64,000 nucleotides of DNA, from positions 16,530 through 80,529 of the forward strand of contig CAYQWA010000016.1 in assembly GCA_964421215.1 (NCBI GenBank). Direction: 5' to 3'. Each line of letters opens with the position of its first letter. Position 1 is the first letter of the stretch. Made by a program: the position numbers and the translations under genes. The notes below the pieces were generated by a model. The model was not told the DNA's origin. It was given only the letters and a program-made list of their open reading frames with translations, and searched no databases. This DNA comes from an uncultured Bacteroidales bacterium. GTDB lineage: Bacteria > Bacteroidota > Bacteroidia > Bacteroidales > JAADJA01. Of this stretch, positions 50,903 through 59,352 are shown piece after piece.

Positions 50903-53275
50903 TTATTCATACTTAATTGCATCCACCGGTTTTTTTAATGCTGAAGAAATCGATTGATAAGTTACAGTTACCAAAGCTATACATATGGAGATCAGCAAAG
51001 CAATTCCAAAAATGTCCACACTTATTTTTGTGTGATAGGTATAACCGTCTAACCAGTCGCGCATAGCAAACCAGGCCACCGGCCAGGCGATTACATTAGC
51101 AATCACCACCCATTTTATAAATTCACGCGATACAAGGGAGACGATATTGGAAGTTCTGGCTCCCATTACTTTTCTTATTCCTATTTCCTTGGTCCGTTGT
51201 TCTGCCATATAGGTTGACAGTGCGAATAATCCCAGGCAGGAGATCAGTATGGCCAGAACGGCAAAATAACCGATAATCCTTATCAACCGAGCCTCATCGG
51301 TATACACTTGTTCATAGATGTCTTTTAACATCCTGGGTTCATAAGGAAAACCTGAAACATTAGCCTCCCAAATATTTCTTAGATCTTCTTTTAGCTGATC
51401 ATGATTTCCCGGGACGGTTTTAACTAACATTTGTCTGCATCGATCCGGTGCATAATACATAGTTAGTGGATCAATCCCCATTTGCATAGGCAGGTGGTGA
51501 AAGTCCCTGATCACTCCGATGATCTTTAACTTTGTATCATCCCCCCAGGTAATCCATTTTCCAACTGCGCTTTCCATTCCAAAAGCTTTTGCTGCTGTTT
51601 GATTGATAATAACTGCCGCGGTATCGGATTGAATATCCCTGGAAAAATACCTGCCTTCCACCATCTCCATTCCCATTGTTTGCGAATAGTCGGATCCGGT
51701 AAAAGTAAAGCCAACAATGATATCATCCTCTGTGTCTTTGCCTTCCCATTCCATTCCGCCGCTGTTGCTTCCGATATAAAAAGGAATTGCATTAGACCGT
51801 GTAACGGATAGAACATTAGGACTCTGTAAAAAGTCATTTTTCAGAACATCAAATTTGTCGGCCGTATTCCCACGAAGGGAGAAAACCATAACATTGTTAA
51901 GATCCATGCCCAGTTTATTGTTGTACAGGTAATCAAGTTGACGTTTTACAACTATAGTACTTATGATAAGCCCGACAGATAATACAAATTGAAATACGAC
52001 CAGTGCACGTCTGAAATAAAAGTTTCCCTTTCCTTTGTTAATACCGTTACGGAGTGCTTTTACCGGATTAAAAGCTGACAAGTAGAATGCGGGATAACTT
52101 CCTGCAAGGATTCCGACCGAAATAGTAATGCCGAAAAGTAATAACCACAGACGAATATCTGAGAAGTTATAAACAAGTTCTTTTTCAACAAGCAGGTTAA
52201 AATAGGGTAAAAGTACAGATACAAGAATGATGGCCACAATCATTGCCAAAAAGGAAATGATCAGGGATTCTCCAAGGAATTGAAGAATTAAGTTGTTCCG
52301 GTCTGCACCCATGGATTTCCGGATCGAAATCTCCTTCGCCCGTCTTGCTGACCTTGCAGTTGCCAGGTTCATAAAGTTTATGCATGCTATCACAATGATA
52401 AAGATGGCAATCGCCGAAAAGATGTAGATAAACTGAATCGGTCCCCGTTCACCCCGATAGGAGTGAAGATGGATCTTATCCAGTGGGAAAAGGAACAAAT
52501 CAATATCACTGTTGTATTCTTCTTCGCCATCGGCCTGGTTCTGATCCCTGGATTTACCTTCAAGGTATTTATGGATCTTCGCATTAACATCTTTGTAATT
52601 GACATTCTCAGCAAGCTCTGTATACACATAAAAGGTATTCCAACCGTACCTGTCGATAGTATAACCCATATCTTTTATATTTTCGAATGGGAAACAGAGG
52701 TCGAATCGGAAAGATGAGTTTTCAGGTGTTTCTTTGATAATACCGGTTACTTTAAAATCCAGCTCCTGGTTAATGGTGATGGTCTTTCCGAAGGCATCTT
52801 CGTCATCAAAAAGCTTTTTTGCCATTTTATCGGTGATCACAATTGATTTCAGATCTTCGAATACATGTTGAGGACTACCTTCGATAAAATCAAAGTCAAA
52901 CATATTAAACAATTCGGGATCAGAAAGCCGCACATCTTCTGTAAAAGCAACGTCCTTGTAACTTACTGTCATGGACATTGAATAGTACATGAAAGAATTC
53001 ACGATCTCCGGAATATCTGTCCGGATATCCTTCGCAATAGGACCTGGCATACACACAGTTGTTAACGGACCGGAAGAATAATGCTGGGTCTGTACCAACC
53101 TATATAAACGGTCGTAGTTGGAATTGAATTTATTGTAACTCAACTCGAAACTAACCCAAAGGTAAATCAAAATGGCAATAGCCATTCCAATAGCAAGGCC
53201 ACTAATGTTAATGAGGGAATATCCTTTTTGACGTAACAGTTGCCGTATGGTGATGGTGAAAAAATTTCTTATCAT
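50903..53275 (-). CDS. ABC transporter permease (MacB/FtsX duplicated type)
   Basis: INISGLAIG, ACINFMNL..R.KE..IRK, GSYPAF and RTKEIGIRKVMGA motifs. Confidence 0.94.
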   Translation of the reverse strand: MIRNFFTITIRQLLRQKGYSLINISGLAIGMAIAILIYLWVSFELSYNKFNSNYDRLYRLVQTQHYSSGPLTTVCMPGPIAKDIRTDIPEIVNSFMYYSMSMTVSYKDVAFTEDVRLSDPELFNMFDFDFIEGSPQHVFEDLKSIVITDKMAKKLFDDEDAFGKTITINQELDFKVTGIIKETPENSSFRFDLCFPFENIKDMGYTIDRYGWNTFYVYTELAENVNYKDVNAKIHKYLEGKSRDQNQADGEEEYNSDIDLFLFPLDKIHLHSYRGERGPIQFIYIFSAIAIFIIVIACINFMNLATARSARRAKEISIRKSMGADRNNLILQFLGESLIISFLAMIVAIILVSVLLPYFNLLVEKELVYNFSDIRLWLLLFGITISVGILAGSYPAFYLSAFNPVKALRNGINKGKGNFYFRRALVVFQFVLSVGLIISTIVVKRQLDYLYNNKLGMDLNNVMVFSLRGNTADKFDVLKNDFLQSPNVLSVTRSNAIPFYIGSNSGGMEWEGKDTEDDIIVGFTFTGSDYSQTMGMEMVEGRYFSRDIQSDTAAVIINQTAAKAFGMESAVGKWITWGDDTKLKIIGVIRDFHHLPMQMGIDPLTMYYAPDRCRQMLVKTVPGNHDQLKEDLRNIWEANVSGFPYEPRMLKDIYEQVYTDEARLIRIIGYFAVLAILISCLGLFALSTYMAEQRTKEIGIRKVMGARTSNIVSLVSREFIKWVVIANVIAWPVAWFAMRDWLDGYTYHTKISVDIFGIALLISICIALVTVTYQSISSALKKPVDAIKYE

Positions 53276-53297
53276 GGTTCAAATGGTTGTTACAAAT

Positions 53298-53325
53298 ATG
53301 ACTCTTGAAGCTTAGAATTGTTACA
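53298..53325 (-). promoter_or_regulatory. Putative ECF sigma promoter (TGTAAC-N16-AGTCAT)
   Basis: Same motif and spacing as the site upstream of the ECF sigma gene. Confidence 0.6.
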
Positions 53326-53335
53326 GCTTTTTGCT

Positions 53336-54022
53336 CTAATTTTTTCGCAGGTACATTGTACCGTTTATGGTGGACAGGTTTATTTCAGGACCGCCACCAT
53401 TTAACTTCGTATCCACATCTCCTCCCACTTTACATAAACTGCCTTTTTTCTGAATTAACTCCATGTCCAGGTCTGTGTACATTGTGCCGTTTATGGTTTC
53501 CATACTCAGGTCTGCTTTCGCATCAGGTGAAATGTAAAGGTCAATATCGCCATTTATGGTGTTAAGTTCGAAAGGGCCGGAAAATCCTGTGGATACTATA
53601 TCTCCGTTGATGGTTTCTACGATAAGCTCAGGGTCATTGGGTAAAAATACTTCAAAGTATAAATCCATTTTTGTTCTGTTTCCATCAATAAGAACGGTAT
53701 CGCCATCCTTAATAACAATGGTGGTACAATCTCTGTAGAGGTTATTGAGGTTCCCAATTTCTGATTCAATGCTCAACCGGGAAGGGCTATCATTTACCTT
53801 CAATTTGAAATTGTCGTTGTGCTTGCCATCGTTTATATTAACGAGTACTTTTACAAATACTTCATTTTTCTCCCATTTGGTTAGCTTTATTTCATTGGCA
53901 AAGTCGAATTCAAGGTGAATTTTCTGGCCAGGTGATAGGGAATATTTTTCTTCAACGGTTCGTTGAGCATTAACCTGACTGTATACGAAGATCATCCCAG
54001 CTAACAAAAGCAAAGTTTTCAT
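53336..54022 (-). CDS. DUF4097 beta-strand repeat protein
   Basis: Signal peptide; repeated TINGDI motifs; LNGGG..I.LSTING. Confidence 0.85.
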   Translation of the reverse strand: MKTLLLLAGMIFVYSQVNAQRTVEEKYSLSPGQKIHLEFDFANEIKLTKWEKNEVFVKVLVNINDGKHNDNFKLKVNDSPSRLSIESEIGNLNNLYRDCTTIVIKDGDTVLIDGNRTKMDLYFEVFLPNDPELIVETINGDIVSTGFSGPFELNTINGDIDLYISPDAKADLSMETINGTMYTDLDMELIQKKGSLCKVGGDVDTKLNGGGPEINLSTINGTMYLRKN

Positions 54023-54092
54023 GGTTTAAATTGTTTGGTTGTTAAGAATCTGTTGGTTTCGTACCACTTAATTGTGGCATGGCATTAAAATG

Positions 54093-54890
54093 TTATTTTT
54101 TCCTTAAATAAATAGAGCCGTTTATGGATGAGAGTGTTAATTCCACACCACCACCATTGAGTTTTCCATTTGTTTTGCTATGGCCTCCTATCATGGTAAG
54201 GTGTGATTCTTTGTTATCCGATTTGCTTTCAAATTCTATGTCACAATCCGTGTAGATCTCACCATGCATGGTGCTGAGTTTTAAATCTACAGCTGTGCTT
54301 GATGGAATCGTTATGTTCACCTCTCCATTGATGGATGTAATTGAAGAGGGACTTTTTTGGTTCAGGCTTTTAAAATCGATATCAATATTACCATTTATGG
54401 TATGAATGGTCATTGGTCCTGTTACTTTTTCCAGATCAATTCCTTCATTGAGCATGCTAACCTCCAATTCACCTGAAAATCCATTCACTTCAATGTCATC
54501 GTAACCAAACGGACTTGAATAATCAATTTTCAGATTTACATTTCCAGGGACCAGAAACGTATAGGTTGCATCTTCTGATCGTTTGGTAGCTCCGCTCACC
54601 ATTATGAGTTTTTCACTTTGTTTTACATTCAGCCCGATCCCGGTATTATCAGCTCCACCGCCGTAGATCTCTTTTAATCCTTTGGCTTTCTCTGGCAATT
54701 CTGCCATTTTATTCCCTTCAATCACAAAGTTCGAACCCGAATGATTTTTAATGATGATCTTCCCCAAAAGATTTTCAATCACTATCTTCTGACCTGTAGT
54801 AACGTTTACTTCGTGTTTTTGCTGAGCAACCGATAATGTTCCAATTGCCATTACAGCTATCAAAGTTGCTAAAAATTTAATCGTTCTCAT
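54093..54890 (-). CDS. DUF4097 beta-strand repeat protein
   Basis: Signal peptide; TINGNI/SINGEV/TMHGEI repeats; LNGGG..L.LSSING. Confidence 0.85.
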   Translation of the reverse strand: MRTIKFLATLIAVMAIGTLSVAQQKHEVNVTTGQKIVIENLLGKIIIKNHSGSNFVIEGNKMAELPEKAKGLKEIYGGGADNTGIGLNVKQSEKLIMVSGATKRSEDATYTFLVPGNVNLKIDYSSPFGYDDIEVNGFSGELEVSMLNEGIDLEKVTGPMTIHTINGNIDIDFKSLNQKSPSSITSINGEVNITIPSSTAVDLKLSTMHGEIYTDCDIEFESKSDNKESHLTMIGGHSKTNGKLNGGGVELTLSSINGSIYLRKK

Positions 54891-54908
54891 GTTTAAATGT
54901 TTTATGGT

Positions 54909-55718
54909 TTAAATAAATGTTGTAATTCCTTTTTCTGCCATTTGTTTTACAGCTTCGATGGTCTCCTCCTTATCGAGAAGTTCCCGCATGACCTGGATGG
55001 CATCCTCTTCCTGTATTTCCACAAGGATGTTGATGAGCGTAATCTGGAGCAAAGCATCCTCCTGTAAACGAAGGGATTGCACAAGGGCTTCACGTACATA
55101 ACTCTCATTTGAGAATTTTGATAAGGCATGCATGGAAGCCATCCTCACATTGATGTTGTCGTCGTTGTTCATCGTATGTACCAGCGCCTCCATTACCTGT
55201 TTATCAGCTTCATTAAAGTCCTGAGTATAATTTACTGCCATGATTCTTTGGCTGGCAGAAGCCTGATCCAATTTTGCATGGAAGAGCATTTGTTTCATAT
55301 CCAAAACCTCATTTTTTAATTGGGCTACTTCAACAGTATCCTGTGGACGATTATTCATTAAAAAACCAAGGAACAATCCGGTAATCAGGATTGCCAAACC
55401 GGCAGCAAGCTGACTCATGGGATTATATAGCCATATTTGTTTTTTCGAAGCGTGCATTTTAATAGATCCCTGACTTTCAAGTTTAGCTTTTTCCTGGTTC
55501 AATTCACTCAGGAATTTTTCTTTTATTGATCCGGGAGGTTTCCTGTCAGCAATTGTGTTCAGGTCGGTTATCAAAACAAGGGTTTGTTCCAGTTCAAGCT
55601 GGCAGGATTTACAGGATTTAAGATGATCTTTTACACCTTCGGTGGTCATCTCATCCAGGTTCTTATCGATAAAGTCGACAAGGACTGTTCTAATATGTTT
55701 ACATTCCAATGACTTCAT
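54909..55718 (-). CDS. Anti-sigma factor (zf-HC2, TM, HEAT repeats)
   Basis: HLKSCKSC zinc motif, a TM helix and DDNINVRMA HEAT repeat; directly downstream of the ECF sigma. Confidence 0.9.
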   Translation of the reverse strand: MKSLECKHIRTVLVDFIDKNLDEMTTEGVKDHLKSCKSCQLELEQTLVLITDLNTIADRKPPGSIKEKFLSELNQEKAKLESQGSIKMHASKKQIWLYNPMSQLAAGLAILITGLFLGFLMNNRPQDTVEVAQLKNEVLDMKQMLFHAKLDQASASQRIMAVNYTQDFNEADKQVMEALVHTMNNDDNINVRMASMHALSKFSNESYVREALVQSLRLQEDALLQITLINILVEIQEEDAIQVMRELLDKEETIEAVKQMAEKGITTFI

Positions 55719-55721
55719 TCT

Positions 55722-56282
55722 TTAGGCGATTTGAAAATATACTTCCTTTAGTTTTTTAATAGCTCTGTGTACTTTTACCCGAACAGCTCCTACTGAATTT
55801 CCGGTAATTTTTGAGATCTCCTCATGCTTTAAGTCCTGGAACCTGCTTAGTTCAATTATTTCGCGTTGTTCCGGGGATAATAAACCCAGAGCTTCGTGAA
55901 TTGTCTGGATTTTTTGGTCGTTTTCCATACTTTCCATGGCAGCCCTGTTTTCTCTATTATCGTGTTCTGATGATTCATACCCGGATACATAATGTTTATT
56001 CTTACTGTAATGGTCAACATGAACATTTCGAGCCACCTGGTAGATCCACGATTTAAAACTGTACATTTCGTTGTAGGATCTCCGGTAACTGAGGATTCTG
56101 CTGAACACAGTCTGTGTTAGATCTTCGCTGATAACAGAGTCATGGGTTACCCGAAGAAAAAAGTTGTACATCTTGCTGTTGTACTTGTCGAAAAGTGGAA
56201 CCAAAGCATCCAGGTTACCATTTTTTACTTCCAGCATTTGTTTTTCCTCGTTAAATTCTATCATCTTATTTAGGCTGTTCAT
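55722..56282 (-). CDS. ECF RNA polymerase sigma-70 factor
   Basis: EDLTQTVF, FKSWIYQVARN and EIS...SVGAVRVKVHRA regions 2 and 4. Confidence 0.95.
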   Translation of the reverse strand: MNSLNKMIEFNEEKQMLEVKNGNLDALVPLFDKYNSKMYNFFLRVTHDSVISEDLTQTVFSRILSYRRSYNEMYSFKSWIYQVARNVHVDHYSKNKHYVSGYESSEHDNRENRAAMESMENDQKIQTIHEALGLLSPEQREIIELSRFQDLKHEEISKITGNSVGAVRVKVHRAIKKLKEVYFQIA

Positions 56283-56287
56283 TAAAG

Positions 56288-56315
56288 ATTACCGTCAAAA
56301 ACAGCAAACGTTACA
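56288..56315 (-). promoter_or_regulatory. Putative autoregulatory ECF promoter (TGTAAC-N16-GGTAAT)
   Basis: -10 element ends 5 nt before the ATG at 56282; matching copy at 53298-53325. Confidence 0.6.
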
Positions 56316-56549
56316 AGCGCTAATAAAAATAATTGAATTCATCGAAACTTTGGTTGCTATTCCTAAATCATTTATCTGAAATGATCCTATCAACCAATGA
56401 TGGATGTAGCAGGATAAAATTCCTCGCTATTAAAGGAATAAATAAAAATGGGATGATTCCTTAGAAACCCCACTATTCTGGAGGATGAGTTTCATGTAAT
56501 TTCGAAAACGAATTGTTAGAATGAAATTATTGAAATTTCTGAAAATAAA

Positions 56550-58616
56550 TTATGGGATGTATGATGTTTTGTAAAGATTCATAAGGAGGTTGTCGTTCTT
56601 GTCCTTATTGTTTACCTGTCCATCAAGGTTAAAATCTCCCGGTAAATAACCCTTGGTTCCCATGAAAGGATTCAATGTTTCGCTTTTATCCTCTATATCA
56701 ATTGTTGAGTTGGCAACTCCATTGCCGGAGATCATACCATACATTCCCAGCCCGATTTGATTTTGCCCATCCATACCCCCTAATACCTGGCTGGGTCCAG
56801 ATGTAAAATCGTATGAAAAGACATCGTTGGTTTCAACAATTGGAATGGATGACATTATTCCAAGGTGGTTTCGATGATGGACCACTACAAACAAATGATT
56901 GGTTATTGTATTGTAAAACCTTGGCTTTGATACACCATCATGCTGAACAATTGACCCATTGTTTAATAATAGTAATGCTTGTCTGCTGTGAAATGTTTCC
57001 TGTGTTGCAGTTTCAGGATTTTCAGCATCCCTGAGTTCAATCATCACCCAATCCACCGCATCAGATCCTGGTACTGAATTGTAGCTCTCAATTCCCGGGA
57101 AATCCCAGGGTTCAGTATTATATGGCTGCATTTCAGGTAAAATTCCATTGGTGACCAGTTCATTTTTCATGGTGCCATTATTAAACGGTCCCTCCAGAAA
57201 TACTTTAAGGTCCAAATGGGCAAACAAAGGATCGAACAGTTCACATACTGACGGATAAGGATTCAATTCTACAGGATATCCAGTTACTAGCTCTTTTCCT
57301 TCAAAGCCTTTAAATTCAGGGCTGTAACGTTCTATTTTAAACACCATGTTTTGCATGGGATTTTCTCCCTGGCTTACCGGGCCATTAAGCCCATCCGGAT
57401 TGATATAGCTCCAAACAAGTTCTTTGTTCAATGTCACCTCATGAAAAGTTCCCGGTGCACCTTCACATATCAGGGTATTGCCATTGGGCAGCCTGTGCGC
57501 TCCTGATACTCCACCTGAATACATTTCCGGATCTGAATAGGACCAGTCGAAAGTGGGGGGGCCATAAGGAGATGATCCAGGATCTGTATAAAATCCCGGA
57601 CTTGTGGTGGGCGGGTCAAAAACATCTACTGATGAATATGTTCCTCCTGACTGGTTATTGTAAACAATTATTTTTCCCCCATCAGGATACGATAAAGGGA
57701 TCCATTGGGCATCATGCTGGAAAAACAGGGTTCTGTCATCTGCTGATCCTCTGTCATAGGCCTCCGGGTTACCATACCTGTACAAAATATCACCACCTTT
57801 TCCATAAATACCTCCTGTATGGCTGGCTGCCTCGGCAGTTGTTGTACTATGATCAATAATAAAAACTTCACTCAGGTTCCTGGAACTTATAATGATCTGG
57901 TCCAAATCGCTGCTATAATCGATTGAATTAGCATGAATCCAATCTTTGTTAGCATTGGGTCCCTGTGCAGCAGAATAATTGATGTTAAATAATTCAGGAT
58001 GATTTGCAATTACTCCATAATTATTTTTTGTGGGATCAAAGTCCTGTACCATATGATCCCAAAGTCTCCATTCCCAAACAATATTTGCTTCGTTGGACCC
58101 AATAGGTTCAATCTCAATAATTTTTTCTGACCAAAAGGTTGGAGCAACATTTTCTGGATCACGGCCGTTTTCAATGGCCACAGTTTCTGTGAACAATTCC
58201 CAGCAAATAACCAGGATATTTCCATTCGGTAAGAGTTCAATATCGTGATGAGGATGAATATTAGTGCCCGGAAATTCATAAGACCATAAGAGATCGTTGT
58301 TCCAATCTGCAATTTCGATAATACCTCCTAATCCTGCAGCCCCGGTAAAGTTCGGATTGGTTTGTTTTCCAGTGCGAACAAGGTTCCCGCTCTCCTGAAG
58401 ATATACCGACATGGCTGGGAAATAGTCACTTGTCCATGTTTTTACCACACTGCCGCAATTATCAATGAGGTAAGTTGTTTTTGACCGGTTTGGATGAAAG
58501 AGGGTATATCCGTTAAATGAGAGGCTATCATTTAAAAATAAACCAACGGTTTGCTCTTGTCCCTGTATGTTGATAACTTGTACACTTATTAATAATAAAA
58601 AGAGAATCTTTTTCAT
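56550..58616 (-). CDS. Arylsulfate sulfotransferase (ASST-like) with a C-terminal dockerin-like module
   Basis: Signal peptide; HHDI, DWIHANSIDY, SSRN, QHDA and RLPNGNTLI motifs; start reassigned to MKKILF. Confidence 0.88.
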   Translation of the reverse strand: MKKILFLLLISVQVINIQGQEQTVGLFLNDSLSFNGYTLFHPNRSKTTYLIDNCGSVVKTWTSDYFPAMSVYLQESGNLVRTGKQTNPNFTGAAGLGGIIEIADWNNDLLWSYEFPGTNIHPHHDIELLPNGNILVICWELFTETVAIENGRDPENVAPTFWSEKIIEIEPIGSNEANIVWEWRLWDHMVQDFDPTKNNYGVIANHPELFNINYSAAQGPNANKDWIHANSIDYSSDLDQIIISSRNLSEVFIIDHSTTTAEAASHTGGIYGKGGDILYRYGNPEAYDRGSADDRTLFFQHDAQWIPLSYPDGGKIIVYNNQSGGTYSSVDVFDPPTTSPGFYTDPGSSPYGPPTFDWSYSDPEMYSGGVSGAHRLPNGNTLICEGAPGTFHEVTLNKELVWSYINPDGLNGPVSQGENPMQNMVFKIERYSPEFKGFEGKELVTGYPVELNPYPSVCELFDPLFAHLDLKVFLEGPFNNGTMKNELVTNGILPEMQPYNTEPWDFPGIESYNSVPGSDAVDWVMIELRDAENPETATQETFHSRQALLLLNNGSIVQHDGVSKPRFYNTITNHLFVVVHHRNHLGIMSSIPIVETNDVFSYDFTSGPSQVLGGMDGQNQIGLGMYGMISGNGVANSTIDIEDKSETLNPFMGTKGYLPGDFNLDGQVNNKDKNDNLLMNLYKTSYIP

Positions 58617-58908
58617 ATTGGTTAAATAGTTTATGCTCAAAGGATTAATGCATATTAATACCCAGAGCTGTTAATAATTTGATCAGTCCAGTTGTAAAAT
58701 AGCAGATAAAGGCTCAGGTAACAAGCCGTTATTTTAGATAAATTGGAAGCAAAAAATATCAGCCGGTTTAAGGACTGATATGCCTTAAACGACAAGATTT
58801 TCGGTGTGGAGGTTGTTTCACAGCTGAAATATAAATTGAAAATTTTTTCATCCTGTTTTTTTTAAGGGATCGAATTCATTATTATTGATAAAAATTAATT
58901 GGGATAAA

Positions 58909-59352
58909 ATGCAGATTAAAAAGGATTTACTGTTAAAGTGCAAGGAAATCATTGAGGAAGGTATTGAAAAATTGAATGATGAAATAAAAAGTGCTCAAAA
59001 AAGTGCAAACGAATACGGAGCACCAAAAGACAGGTATGATTCCTTCAGAACCCAATTATTGCGCAAACGGGATATGTTTGCTCAGCAACTTGCAAAAGTC
59101 CAGGAACAGTGGAACGTACTTGACAGGATTGATCCGGAGAAGAAATTTGAACAAGTCGAATTTGGTGCCCTGGTTATTACTTCCAATCAAAAAATATTTG
59201 TTTCTACAGGAATAGGTAAAATCGAAATCAATAATGAAACCTATTATGCTATATCTGCAGCAGTTCCGATATTTAAAGCTATGCAAGGGAAGAAAGCAGG
59301 GGAGGAGTTTGAGTTAAACGGAAGGAAAATTAAGATCAGGGAAATTCTTTAA
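58909..59352 (+). CDS. GreA/GreB C-terminal-domain protein
   Basis: N-terminal coiled coil, then VEFGALV...IS..PI.KAM.GKKAGEEF. Confidence 0.8.
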   Translation: MQIKKDLLLKCKEIIEEGIEKLNDEIKSAQKSANEYGAPKDRYDSFRTQLLRKRDMFAQQLAKVQEQWNVLDRIDPEKKFEQVEFGALVITSNQKIFVSTGIGKIEINNETYYAISAAVPIFKAMQGKKAGEEFELNGRKIKIREIL

